Under the pieces are notes generated by a model that was not told where the DNA came from, did no database searches, and worked only from the letters and a program-made list of their open reading frames with translations. Below, piece by piece: positions 28,397-41,170 of a DNA stretch of 64,000 bases. How positions within the stretch are numbered: position 1 is the stretch's first letter; the number at the start of each line of letters is the position of its first letter. Where the stretch lies: positions 2,912,001 through 2,976,000 of the forward strand of contig OY970173.1 of NCBI GenBank assembly GCA_963707635.1. Direction: 5' to 3'. This stretch comes from Candidatus Latescibacterota bacterium. Its GTDB lineage: Bacteria; Krumholzibacteriota; Krumholzibacteriia; WVZY01; JAKEHA01. A program made the position numbers and the translations under genes.

Positions 28397-28826
28397 CGCC
28401 GCGGGCGCCGTGTGGTCGGCCGCCGATCCCGGACTCCTGCGCCGCGTGCGCAAGACCGCGGTCGTGCTCGGAATCGCCGTCGCCGCCCCGATTGCGACCT
28501 ACCAGGGACTCCTGCCGGCGGCGGGCTGGTTGCTCGGCGTCGGCTGGTCCGTCGTCAATCTGGCGGCGACCGAATCCATCGCGCAGCTGGTCTTGACGCT
28601 GGAGCCGCGCAGCAAGGCGCGGATCGCACGCCGGCTCGCCGTCAAGTTCGGCCTCCTCTACGGCGTCGCGGTGGTGCTGCTCGCAGTCGTGCGCGTGCCG
28701 GCGCTGTGGTGGGCGGCCGGGTTCACCTGGCCCCTGTTCGTGGCCATCATGAAAGCGATCGGCCGTACCTATCTCGGACTCGACGCGCTGCCCGGAATGT
28801 CGGGCACGCCGCGGCGGATACCGTAA
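28377..28826 (+). CDS. atpI: ATP synthase protein I (four TM)
   Basis: Four hydrophobic helices, located immediately before atpB. Confidence 0.7.
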   Translation: MTERRHNAAGAVWSAADPGLLRRVRKTAVVLGIAVAAPIATYQGLLPAAGWLLGVGWSVVNLAATESIAQLVLTLEPRSKARIARRLAVKFGLLYGVAVVLLAVVRVPALWWAAGFTWPLFVAIMKAIGRTYLGLDALPGMSGTPRRIP

Positions 28827-28838
28827 TCTATTCGAGCC

Positions 28839-29699
28839 ATGGTCTGGACCAATCTGATCGAACACCTCGGCGGGGCTCCTCTCCACCTGGCGAACACCGA
28901 AGCGGCGGCGCATGCGGAGGGGGCGCACGAGGCGGTGCATGAGCTCCCCAGCCTGATCAAACTCGTCACGGCCTTCATGGACGAGTCGCCGCTGAAAAAT
29001 TTCCTGCTCGAGTGGGAGGGAATGATCTACGCGTTCGTGATCGCCGGGCTCCTGATCCTGGTCGCGCACATGGCGGCCCGGAACCCGCGCATGATCCCGG
29101 GCCGCCTCCAGAACGTCGTCGAAATGGTGGTCGAGGGTCTGTCGAATTTCATCGTCGGAGTCCTGGGTCCCGAGGGTCGCGGCTTCGTGCCCTTCCTCGG
29201 CACGCTGTTCGTCTATATCCTCGCCATGAATCTCTCCGGCGTGCTGCCGCTCGGGAAATCGCCGACCTCGAGCCCGAACACGACCGTCGCGCTGGCGCTG
29301 TGCGTGTTCGCGTACGTCCACTTCATCGGACTCACGCGCAACGGGCCGCTGGGGTACCTCAAGCACCTGGCGGGGAACCCGAAGAGCCTCGTCGAATGGC
29401 TGTTCGTCCCGCTGATGTTGCCCATCCACGTGATCGGCGAGATCGCCCGACCGGTAAGTCTTTCGCTCCGACTCTTTGGCAACGTGACCGGCGAGGACGT
29501 GTTGTTGTTCGCGTTCTGCAGCCTGGGCGTCACCACCCTGGCGGCGATCGGCTCGCCGGTCGGCATCCCGTTCCAGGTCCCGTTCATTCTGCTCGCATTC
29601 ATGACCAGTTTCATCCAGGCACTCGTGTTCACGCTCTTGAGCACGATCTACATCCTGCTGTGGCTGCCCCACGACCACGCGGAGGAAGCGCACCACTAA
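28839..29699 (+). CDS. atpB: F0 subunit a
   Basis: PGRLQN, RPVSLSLRLFGN, IQALVFTLL. Confidence 0.97.
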   Translation: MVWTNLIEHLGGAPLHLANTEAAAHAEGAHEAVHELPSLIKLVTAFMDESPLKNFLLEWEGMIYAFVIAGLLILVAHMAARNPRMIPGRLQNVVEMVVEGLSNFIVGVLGPEGRGFVPFLGTLFVYILAMNLSGVLPLGKSPTSSPNTTVALALCVFAYVHFIGLTRNGPLGYLKHLAGNPKSLVEWLFVPLMLPIHVIGEIARPVSLSLRLFGNVTGEDVLLFAFCSLGVTTLAAIGSPVGIPFQVPFILLAFMTSFIQALVFTLLSTIYILLWLPHDHAEEAHH

Positions 29700-29728
29700 C
29701 CGTCCCAACCCGTAAGGAGGAAGAAAGA

Positions 29729-29962
29729 ATGGATACTTCATCGGCACTCAGTCTGGCACTTCCGATCGGCCTCGGTCTCGCGGCGATCGGCTCGGGCATT
29801 GGCTTCCAGGGCGCCATCGGCAAGGCCATGGAAGCGATCGGCCGCCAGCCGGAAGCGTCGGGCAAGATTCAGACGGCCATGATCATCGGTGCCGGTCTGA
29901 TCGAAGCGCTGACGATCTACGCCTTCGTGACCGTGTTCCTGTTGATGGGCAAGATCCAGTAA
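29729..29962 (+). CDS. atpE: F0 subunit c (77 aa)
   Basis: AAGGAGG SD; RQPEA loop; LIEALTIY. Confidence 0.97.
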   Translation: MDTSSALSLALPIGLGLAAIGSGIGFQGAIGKAMEAIGRQPEASGKIQTAMIIGAGLIEALTIYAFVTVFLLMGKIQ

Positions 29963-30025
29963 GACAGCCGGGGCCGAATCGCCGGGCGTGCTGTGCGCCC
30001 CGGCGTCGCGCCCGAGGAGCGTGAG

Positions 30026-30520
30026 ATGGAACTCCAGTGGAAAGCGTTACTGACCCAGGTCGTCGGGTTCCTGATCGTGATGTGGCTCCTGCGCAAGTAC
30101 GCGTGGGGAAAGCTGCTCGCGTTCACCGAGAAGCGACGGCAACACATCGCGTCCGAGTTCGAGTCCATCGACCGGGCGCGAGCGGACGCCGAGGGCCTTC
30201 GCCGCAAGTACGACGAGGAGCTCGCCGGCATCGAAACGACGCGCCGCGTGCGCATCGAGAAAGCCGTCCACGAGGCGAGTGCGGTCGCCAGCCAGCTCCG
30301 GGATGAAGCCAGGCGCGAGGCGGTGGCCATGCGCGTCAAGGCGACCCGGGACATCGAGCTGGAAATGGACAAGGCCAACCTGGTCTTCCGCGACCACATG
30401 GTCAGTTCGGTGATCGGCGCGACGGAGAAGATCATCCGGCAGCGGCTGGATGACGCGCAGCACCGCCGGCTGATCACCGAGTTTCTGGACGAGGTTGCCT
30501 CTCGTCCCGTGGAGCGGTAG
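30026..30520 (+). CDS. atpF: F0 subunit b
   Basis: N-terminal TM then coiled coil; operon position. Confidence 0.93.
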   Translation: MELQWKALLTQVVGFLIVMWLLRKYAWGKLLAFTEKRRQHIASEFESIDRARADAEGLRRKYDEELAGIETTRRVRIEKAVHEASAVASQLRDEARREAVAMRVKATRDIELEMDKANLVFRDHMVSSVIGATEKIIRQRLDDAQHRRLITEFLDEVASRPVER

Positions 30521-30523
30521 ACC

Positions 30524-31066
30524 GTGGCGCTCGGCGGCATCGGCAGACGTTACGCGCGCGCGCTGTTCGACGCGGCCAAGGCGGAAGACGTCGTGGAGCA
30601 GGTCCACGACGACGTGGTGAGTTTCGCCCGGCTGGTCGAGAGCGACGCGGCGTTCCGCCGCTTTCTCTCGTCGCTGCGCATCACCAAGGACGAGAAGAAG
30701 GACCTGATCGCGCGCGCCATCGGCGATCGCGCTTCGGGGCTGTTCGTGAAGTTCGTCCTGCTCTTGATCGACACCAAGCGCATGGACAAGTTCGACGATA
30801 TCTCCGATGCCTTCGTCGAGCTTTACGAGGAGCACGCGGGGATCATCCGCGTGGGTGTCGTTACCGCGGTCGAGCTCGACTCCGCGCTCGAACGCAAGGC
30901 GAAGGAGACGATCGAGCGCCGCACGGGAAAGCGCGCCAGGTTCGTCAAGCGCGTGGACCCGGAAATCATCGGCGGCATGATCATGATCGCCGGCGGCCGC
31001 ATCATCGACGGAAGCATCCGCAACCAACTGAGCGAGTTGCGCAAGCAGTTGCTGGAAACGCATTAG
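30524..31066 (+). CDS. atpH: F1 subunit delta
   Basis: RRYARALF...VDPEIIGG...IDGS. Confidence 0.95.
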   Translation: MALGGIGRRYARALFDAAKAEDVVEQVHDDVVSFARLVESDAAFRRFLSSLRITKDEKKDLIARAIGDRASGLFVKFVLLLIDTKRMDKFDDISDAFVELYEEHAGIIRVGVVTAVELDSALERKAKETIERRTGKRARFVKRVDPEIIGGMIMIAGGRIIDGSIRNQLSELRKQLLETH

Positions 31067-31091
31067 TCAAATCGACTCCGAGGAGTGAGCA

Positions 31092-32618
<1,527 letters not shown>

Positions 32619-32634
32619 CCAGAGAGTCCGAGCC

Positions 32635-33546
32635 ATGGCAACCCTTCTGGACCTGAAACAGCGGATTCGAGCGGTCGAGAACATCCGCAAGATCACGCGA
32701 GCGATGCAGCTGGTGGCGGCGGCGAAGCTCAACCGCGCGCAGACCCGGGCCCACGCGGTGCGCCCGTTCGCCGAGGAGCTGGATCGCGTGCTGGGGGGCC
32801 TCGCCGGCGGCGGCGTCGACGAGGCGGCCGACGTCCAGATCGAGTTCACCTTCGCGGACGCCACCCCCCCGGTGCGCACGACGCTGGGTCGCATCTTCTC
32901 GCAGCACGACGTGCGCAGGCCCGGTATCGTGCTGGTGACGTCGGACCGCGGGCTGTGCGGGGCGTTCAACACCAACCTGATTCGCGCGGCACAGAACTTC
33001 ATCAAGGAAAATTCCGACAAAGAGTGCAAGCTGGTCGTGATCGGCAAGAAAGGACACGCGTTCTTTCGGCGGCGCCCGACCCCGATTCTCTACCACCGCA
33101 CCGGCATCAGCGACAAACTCGAGCTCGCGGAGATCAAGGAAGTGACCGGCAGGCTCGTCGAGCTCTACCACAGCGACCAGGTGGACGCACTCTACTTCAT
33201 CTACGCCAAGTCGATCCGGGCCGCGCTCTACCGGATCACGACCCAGCGGTTCTTGAGCATTCCGCCGGTCGAGGGCAAGCAGGCCGACGACAACTACCTG
33301 GTCGAACCCGGCCGCAACGAACTCTTCGCCGACCTCATTCCCCTCTTCGCCACGTCGCAGGTGTTCTCGGCGCTGGCAGATTCGTTCGCGTCGGAATACG
33401 GCGCGCGCATGGCGGCGATGCAGCAGGCCACGAAGAACGCGGATGAGCGATTGAACGATCTGGTCATCGACCGCAACCGGCTCCGCCAGGCGACCATTAC
33501 CAAGGAGCTCGCGGAAATCGTCGGCGGCGCCGAGGCGCTGAGATAG
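32635..33546 (+). CDS. atpG: F1 subunit gamma
   Basis: KITRAMQLVAAAK, DRGLCG, RQATITKEL. Confidence 0.98.
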   Translation: MATLLDLKQRIRAVENIRKITRAMQLVAAAKLNRAQTRAHAVRPFAEELDRVLGGLAGGGVDEAADVQIEFTFADATPPVRTTLGRIFSQHDVRRPGIVLVTSDRGLCGAFNTNLIRAAQNFIKENSDKECKLVVIGKKGHAFFRRRPTPILYHRTGISDKLELAEIKEVTGRLVELYHSDQVDALYFIYAKSIRAALYRITTQRFLSIPPVEGKQADDNYLVEPGRNELFADLIPLFATSQVFSALADSFASEYGARMAAMQQATKNADERLNDLVIDRNRLRQATITKELAEIVGGAEALR

Positions 33547-35025
<1,479 letters not shown>

Positions 35026-35040
35026 CGCCGGGGAACGACC

Positions 35041-35325
35041 ATGGTGACCGCCGCCACCTTCAACTTCAAGATGCTGACGCCGAACCGCACGGTGCTGGAC
35101 GGCGAGGTGGTGTCGATCGTGGTCCCCGGCGGCGCGGGCTATCTCGGTGTGCTCGCGCACCACGCGCCGCTCATCACGACTCTGATCGAGGGCGAGCTGA
35201 CGGTTCGTTTCCAGGACCACCGCGTCGCCCACTACCGCGTCGGGCGCGGCCTGCTCAAGGTCGCCCACAATCAGGCCGTGCTGCTCACCGAGTCGATCGA
35301 GGAATCGCCGGGCGAACGAGCCTGA
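35041..35325 (+). CDS. atpC: F1 subunit epsilon (short, 94 aa)
   Basis: LTP, GYLGVLAHHAPL; beta-sandwich domain only. Confidence 0.93.
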   Translation: MVTAATFNFKMLTPNRTVLDGEVVSIVVPGGAGYLGVLAHHAPLITTLIEGELTVRFQDHRVAHYRVGRGLLKVAHNQAVLLTESIEESPGERA

Positions 35326-35332
35326 TCCGGGC

Positions 35333-37090
35333 TCACGCGGACTCGGGCAGGTCGCCCCAGCCGGCGTCACCCCGCCCCTCCGCGGCCGTCGCGCGCGCTC
35401 CCGGGACGGCTCCATCCAACCACATCCTCGTCATTTCGTCGGTCTCGACCGGGATCGCAAACGTGAACGTGCTGCCGCGGCCGCTCTCGCTCTTGACCGA
35501 GATGCGGCCGCCGTGCAGTTCGACGATGTGTTTCGCGATCGCCAGCCCGATTCCGAGGCCTCCCCAGCGCCGCGTCGACGACCCGTCCAGCTGCCGGAAG
35601 GTGTCGAAGATCTTGGCCAGCTGATCCTTCGCGATCCCGGCCCCGGTATCGGCGACCTCGACCACCACGCAGCCATCCTCCCGCCGCGTGCTCAGTTCGA
35701 TTCTCCCGCCACGATCCGTGAACTTGATCGCGTTCTGGACCAGGCAGCTCACCACCTGGCTGATCCGGCGATTGTCGATGTACACCACCGGGATCTCGTA
35801 GCCCGGTTTGAACATCACTTCGATGCCCTTCGACGCCGCCGCTTCCGTCATCTTCGGCCACAGCGCGCGCACGACGTCGTGGATGTGCGATAGGCTGAAG
35901 CTCAGCATCGCACCGGTCATTTCCAGCTTCGACAGGTCCAGCAGGTCGTTGATCAGGCGCAGCAGGTGCTCGCCGTTCTCGGCGATCACGTCCAGGAAGT
36001 GCTTGCGGTCAGCGTCGTCGACCAGCCCGTCGCGCATGGCTTCCGTGTAGGCGATGATGACCGACAGGGGCGTGCGCAGTTCATGGCTGATGTTGGCGAG
36101 AAACTCGGTCTTCATCTGGTCGACTTCGCGCAGGCGCTGGTTGGCGTCCTGCAGGTTCTTGTTCTGCAGAATGATCTGCTGTTCGAGCATCTTGCGCTGG
36201 GAAATGTCGTGGACCAGCACCTGGATGAAGGTGTCGGACTTGATCTCCACCAGGCTCGCGCTGATATCCACGTACATGACGCCGCCGTCGCGCCCCGCCA
36301 TACGGCGGTCCACGAACGAGCGTGATTTCTGGCTCATGATGTTGATGAAGTCGCGGCGGGCCTGGAACTGATCCTCGGCGGGAAACAGGTCGAAGTACGA
36401 CTTGCGCAGCAGCTCCTCCTCGGTCAGCCCGAGCGCCGCGCTGGCCTGGCGATTGACTTCGACAATTCGTCCGCTGCTGCGATCCAGCAAAACGATGATG
36501 TCGCTGGCGTTGCGCTGGAGCGTGCGATACCGTTCTCCGAGGTCCTTCGCCTCGGCGAGCAGCATCGCGTGCTCGATCACGCCGCTGGCGATGTTCGCGC
36601 AGTTCACGAGTTTTTCCAGGTCGGTGTCGTCGAGGGTGTTGGGCGCGTGACATCCGATGTTCAAGGTGCCGATGACCTCGCCGTGCGCGATCAGCGGCGC
36701 CACCATGTCGCAGCCGAGTTTCTCGTCCGTCATCACCTCGAGGAAGCGCCCGTCGTTGGCGACATCGCGGCGCAGCATCGCGCGCCGCTTCAGGAACACC
36801 CATCCCACGACCGACTTCTCGTTCAGCGGGATCACGCGCCCTTCCCCGGCTCTCTCCCCGGCTCCATCGCGCTGGTGGATGTGCCTGAGCACCATCGATT
36901 CGCGGTCGGGAGTGAGCAGGGCCACGCTGGAGCGATCAAACTGGATCAACTGGGATACTTCGCGCGTGATGGCGGCGAGAATGTCGTCGAGGCGCGTATA
37001 CTGCAGGATGGTCCCGGCGATCCGGACCATGGCCAGGAGCTCCGCGTTGAGCCTCGCGGTGGTGGAAACGTTCTCGTGGTTTTTCGGCAT
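35333..37090 (-). CDS. Cytoplasmic GAF-PAS sensor histidine kinase
   Basis: GAF (APLIAHGEVIGTL), PAS, FLANISHELRTPL, NAIKFT, GGLGIGL. Confidence 0.92.
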   Translation of the reverse strand: MPKNHENVSTTARLNAELLAMVRIAGTILQYTRLDDILAAITREVSQLIQFDRSSVALLTPDRESMVLRHIHQRDGAGERAGEGRVIPLNEKSVVGWVFLKRRAMLRRDVANDGRFLEVMTDEKLGCDMVAPLIAHGEVIGTLNIGCHAPNTLDDTDLEKLVNCANIASGVIEHAMLLAEAKDLGERYRTLQRNASDIIVLLDRSSGRIVEVNRQASAALGLTEEELLRKSYFDLFPAEDQFQARRDFINIMSQKSRSFVDRRMAGRDGGVMYVDISASLVEIKSDTFIQVLVHDISQRKMLEQQIILQNKNLQDANQRLREVDQMKTEFLANISHELRTPLSVIIAYTEAMRDGLVDDADRKHFLDVIAENGEHLLRLINDLLDLSKLEMTGAMLSFSLSHIHDVVRALWPKMTEAAASKGIEVMFKPGYEIPVVYIDNRRISQVVSCLVQNAIKFTDRGGRIELSTRREDGCVVVEVADTGAGIAKDQLAKIFDTFRQLDGSSTRRWGGLGIGLAIAKHIVELHGGRISVKSESGRGSTFTFAIPVETDEMTRMWLDGAVPGARATAAEGRGDAGWGDLPESA

Positions 37091-37251
37091 GCTGGATTCG
37101 GAACGAACGCGGCCGTGGACTCCCCCCGGCGCGAAGCCGCGTGCACGAAGCGTTCCAACCCGGTCCGCGCGGGAGCGATTGTCCGCCGTGTAACCGTATG
37201 CTAGACTGGGACTTTACGTGACTGTCCCGTCATCAGCATGAGAACGTCGTC

Positions 37252-39405
37252 ATGACCCGTCGAAACAAGACTGCGCGCCCCGCCGCCACACCCGTCACGG
37301 GCCGCGCCCCGGCGCGCACCGCGTCGAATCTCGACCAGGCTCGTCCGTTTCGCTGGAGCGACGGCCAGGACCGGCTCCACCTCGGCATTGTGCTCGGCGT
37401 GGCGCTCGCGCTGCGGCTCGCGTACTTCTTCCTCAACCAGGCGTTCAACCCCACCTTCCGTTTCCCGATCATGGATTCGCTCTACCACCACGAGTGGGCC
37501 CTCGACCTGGTCGGGGGTGGAACGGCGGGAACGGACGCGTTCTTCCGCGGACCGCTGTACCCGTATTTCCTGGCCCTGCTCTACAAGATGAGCGGCAACA
37601 GCATTGCGTTCGCAATCCTCGTGCAGCACCTGCTCGGCACGCTGACGGCCGGGCTGGTCTATCTCACCGCCCGCCTGCTCTTCTCGCGGACGGTGGCACT
37701 CGTCGCGGGTCTCACCACCGCACTCTACTGGGTGCTCGTCTACATGGAAGGCGACCTGCTGGTCGAGACGACGTTCATTTTTTTCAATTCGCTGAGCCTG
37801 CTCCTGCTCACCATGGGAATGTCCCGGCATCGGATCGGGCTCCTCGCCGCCGGCGGGTTCGCCCTCGGGCTCGCCACCATCACCCGGCCCAGTGTTCTGG
37901 TGTTCGTGCCGGTGATTCCGCTCGCCATCTACCTGACCGCCCGCAAGCGCCCGCCGGAAACGCGCGGGTGGATCTCGCGGTCCATCGTGACCCTGGCGGC
38001 GTGCGCGATTCCGATCATGCCGGTGATGATTCGCAACTACCGCGTCGCCGGGGCAATCGTGCCGGTGGGCACGTCGGGCGGTGTCAACTTTTTCATCGGC
38101 AACAACCCCCTGTCGGACGGGTCGACCGCCATCGTCCCCGGCACGCGCGCGGACTGGTGGGGCGGTTACAACGACGCTATCGCCATCGCGGAGCGCGACC
38201 GGGGCCACAAACTCACGCTGGCGGAAGTGTCGGACTATTACTTCGACCGCGGGTTCGAGTTCATGCGAGCCCGACCGGAGCAGGCGCGCGCGCTGATGCT
38301 CAAGAAACTCCGGATGTTCTGGGGGGCTGGCGAACGCGCAAACGACAAGTTCATCTATTTTTTCTGGCACCTGGTGGGGATGAAGTACGTGTTGCTGCCC
38401 GGATTCTGGCTGGTGGCACCCCTCGGCATGCTCGGCGGAGTGCTGCTCTGGCGCCGGAGGAGCGAACTGGCGATGTTCTACCTGTTCATCGCCCTGTATT
38501 CGATCGGCGTCGTGGCGTTTTTCGTCAACGCGCGGTTCCGGCTGCCCATCATTCCGGTTCTCACGCTGTTCTCGGCGTACGCCAGCGTATACCTGGTCAG
38601 CGCGTTCCGCGAAAAGCGATTCGCGGTGCTCAAGGCGCTGCTGGTTCTGACGGTCGCGGCGGCGTTCGTGAACTCGGACTACATCTACCAGAAACAAATG
38701 CGAGCGTACTCAGACGCGTTTTCGAACTACACCCTCGCCAACGCCTACCTCAAGATGGGGCTCAAGAGCACCGCGCTCACCCACTACGCCCGGGCGGACG
38801 AGATCAACCGCGAGTCTCCCACCGACGCCTATCACTTGATTTCCCGGGACGTGGACTACAACCTGGGCGTGTTGCTCGCGGAACAAGGCCTGTGCTCGCG
38901 GGCGATCGAGGTCCTAGAGCGGGTCGGGGGCAACGACCAGTTCGCGGCGGATGCGCTCGACCGCCTGGGCGATTGCTACCTCAAGCGGCGCGACGTCGAA
39001 AGCGCCCGCCGGGTGTTCGAGAGCTTGCGTCAGGTCTCGCCAGCGGACGAGCGTGGAATCGTCGGCCTCGCGCGCTGCGCGGCCATGACGGGCGACTTCG
39101 CGCAGGCGGAGAAGATGCTCAATGAAATAGTCGATCCATCCAAGGCGGTGTACGCCCCCGCGTATGTGGTGCTTGCGGAGGTGCAGCGCGCGCAGGGGAG
39201 GATCGACGACGCCATCAAGAGCTACACTCACATCGCGCAGCTTACCGGCTACGAGCGGCAGGGATACATGGCGCTGGCTGAGCTCTATCACCAGAAGGGC
39301 GACAACAACGCGGCGCTGAAGGCGGTCGAGCAGGCGCAGATCTACTCGCCGCCCGACGACGCGGCAATCCGGGGCTTGCTGGCCACGATTCGCGCGCGGC
39401 CATGA
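37252..39405 (+). CDS. GT-C fold membrane glycosyltransferase with C-terminal TPRs
   Basis: DSLYHHEWA, PLYPYFLA, IRNY, NFFIGNN, RFRLP; TPR tail. Confidence 0.8.
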   Translation: MTRRNKTARPAATPVTGRAPARTASNLDQARPFRWSDGQDRLHLGIVLGVALALRLAYFFLNQAFNPTFRFPIMDSLYHHEWALDLVGGGTAGTDAFFRGPLYPYFLALLYKMSGNSIAFAILVQHLLGTLTAGLVYLTARLLFSRTVALVAGLTTALYWVLVYMEGDLLVETTFIFFNSLSLLLLTMGMSRHRIGLLAAGGFALGLATITRPSVLVFVPVIPLAIYLTARKRPPETRGWISRSIVTLAACAIPIMPVMIRNYRVAGAIVPVGTSGGVNFFIGNNPLSDGSTAIVPGTRADWWGGYNDAIAIAERDRGHKLTLAEVSDYYFDRGFEFMRARPEQARALMLKKLRMFWGAGERANDKFIYFFWHLVGMKYVLLPGFWLVAPLGMLGGVLLWRRRSELAMFYLFIALYSIGVVAFFVNARFRLPIIPVLTLFSAYASVYLVSAFREKRFAVLKALLVLTVAAAFVNSDYIYQKQMRAYSDAFSNYTLANAYLKMGLKSTALTHYARADEINRESPTDAYHLISRDVDYNLGVLLAEQGLCSRAIEVLERVGGNDQFAADALDRLGDCYLKRRDVESARRVFESLRQVSPADERGIVGLARCAAMTGDFAQAEKMLNEIVDPSKAVYAPAYVVLAEVQRAQGRIDDAIKSYTHIAQLTGYERQGYMALAELYHQKGDNNAALKAVEQAQIYSPPDDAAIRGLLATIRARP

Positions 39406-40367
39406 CGCGCCGGCGCAACGAGCCGCGCACCCGCCGACGCAACCCGCCCCCCTCACCCGTCGCCGTCATCGACATCGGGACCAATTCGACGAAGCTGCTC
39501 GTGGGCCGCGCGCGCGCGCGCCGCGTCGAGACCGTCTACTTCGCCCGCGAAACCACCCGTCTGGGCACGGGACTGGATAAGACAGGCCAGATCAGCGACG
39601 CCGCGACCACCCGCACCATTCGCGTCGTGCGCCGCTTCGCGGCCATCGCACGGCGACTGCACGCGAGTGAGATCACGGCGGTCGGGACGAACGCGTTCCG
39701 CGACGCCGCCAACGGCCGCGCCGTGGCCGCCCGCATCGCGCGTGCAACCGGGGTCCCGGTGCGCGTGCTCTCGGGACGCGAAGAAGCGATCTTCTCTTTC
39801 TATTCCGCGCGCTCGCGACTCGCGCGTCCCCGTGCCTACCTGGTGACGATCGACGTGGGCGGCGGGTCCACCGAGCTGGTGGTGGCGGAGCGCGACCGGG
39901 TGCGCCTGGCGCGCTCGCTCCCGCTCGGAGCCCTGCGGCTCACGGAGCGCCACCTGCACGCCGACCCGATTGCGCCGGAAGAGTACGGCGCGCTGACGCG
40001 GGAGGTCGACGCCGTGATGGTACGCGTGGGCGCGCGCCTCGCTGTGCTCCCGCCGCGAGCGGTCGACCTGGTCGCCTGCGGAGGGTCCGCCACCACGGCG
40101 CTCGACATGGTGCGCGGCCGCCAGCGCACGAGCCGCCGGAGCATGCAGGCCCTCACCCGCGCGCAGGTGCGGCGCCTCGAACAGACCTGCCTGCGCGCCT
40201 CGATCGACCAGCGCCGGCGAATGCCGGGCCTCCCCCCCGACCGCGCCGACATCATTCCGGCCGGAATCGCGGTGCTGGTCGCGTTCATGGTCCGCGCGCG
40301 CAAACGCTCGGTGTGGATCAGCGACGGCGGGATTCGAGAAGGCGTGATCCTGGCTCAGGCGAAGTAA
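39402..40367 (+). CDS. ppx: Ppx/GppA family exopolyphosphatase
   Basis: IDIGTNS, LSGREEA, DVGGGSTE, RADII, GIREG. Confidence 0.9.
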   Translation: MTRRRNEPRTRRRNPPPSPVAVIDIGTNSTKLLVGRARARRVETVYFARETTRLGTGLDKTGQISDAATTRTIRVVRRFAAIARRLHASEITAVGTNAFRDAANGRAVAARIARATGVPVRVLSGREEAIFSFYSARSRLARPRAYLVTIDVGGGSTELVVAERDRVRLARSLPLGALRLTERHLHADPIAPEEYGALTREVDAVMVRVGARLAVLPPRAVDLVACGGSATTALDMVRGRQRTSRRSMQALTRAQVRRLEQTCLRASIDQRRRMPGLPPDRADIIPAGIAVLVAFMVRARKRSVWISDGGIREGVILAQAK

Positions 40368-41053
40368 TCGGCGATCGCATCCGCGAATCGAGTCCACGGC
40401 GCGACCGGCGGCGGGGGCGCCGCCAGGATCACGGCCTCCTCGCGCACCGGGTGCGGGAATCGAAGCCTCGCGGCATGCAGCGCGATCGAGCGGTCGGCCA
40501 GCGGCTCGGGCGCCTTGTACTTGACGTCTCCCGCGACCGGATGACCCGCGGCCGACAGCTGCAGCCGGATCTGGTGGTGACGACCGGTGCGAGGGGTGAC
40601 CTCGAGGAGGCTCATTCCGCCCGCGCGCGCCAGCACACGGTACGCGAGTGTGGCCTGCTTCGAACGCGGGGTCGCGGCCGTGACCAGACGCGCCCGCATG
40701 TGCGCGCGTTCGAGATGTCCGTGTAACTCGCCCGTCGCGTCGCCCATCTCTCCCAGCACCACCGCGAGGTACACCTTCTCCACCTCGCGATCGTGAAACG
40801 ACCGCGAGAGGCGGGATGCGGCCTTGGACGTGCGCGCGAACACCATCACGCCCGACACCGGGCGGTCGAGCCGGTGCACGGCACCAAGGAACACGGCGCC
40901 TGGTTTGCGGTAGCGTACTTTCAGGTAGCGCTTCACGAGCTCGAGGGCGGTGGGATCTCCCGTTCGATCCCCCTGGGTCAGAAGTCCCGCCGGCTTGAAG
41001 ACGCCGAGGATATGGTTGTCCTCGTAGAGAATCTCGATCGACGCGTGCGACAC
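40355..41053 (-). CDS. RluA family pseudouridine synthase
   Basis: KPAGL, HRLDRPVSG, TGRHHQIR, LHA. Confidence 0.93.
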   Translation of the reverse strand: MSHASIEILYEDNHILGVFKPAGLLTQGDRTGDPTALELVKRYLKVRYRKPGAVFLGAVHRLDRPVSGVMVFARTSKAASRLSRSFHDREVEKVYLAVVLGEMGDATGELHGHLERAHMRARLVTAATPRSKQATLAYRVLARAGGMSLLEVTPRTGRHHQIRLQLSAAGHPVAGDVKYKAPEPLADRSIALHAARLRFPHPVREEAVILAAPPPPVAPWTRFADAIADYFA

Positions 41054-41109
41054 GGCAACAGCCCCCGGCGGCGAACCAACTCCGCGCTGGAAAGTTCAAC
41101 GGGGCGCGC

Positions 41110-41138
41110 TTGACCCGCGCCACCGCCTCGCCTATACT
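41110..41138 (+). promoter_or_regulatory. Sigma70-like promoter
   Basis: TTGACC-N17-TATACT upstream of ATG 41171. Confidence 0.6.
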
Positions 41139-41170
41139 GCCGAGTTCACCCGGTCAGGCAAGTGCGAGTC

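Noticed and set aside
29729..29962. Na+-translocating or N-type ATPase
   Set aside because: The c subunit lacks the Q...ES/T Na+ signature and the gene order is the standard F-type IBEFHAGDC.
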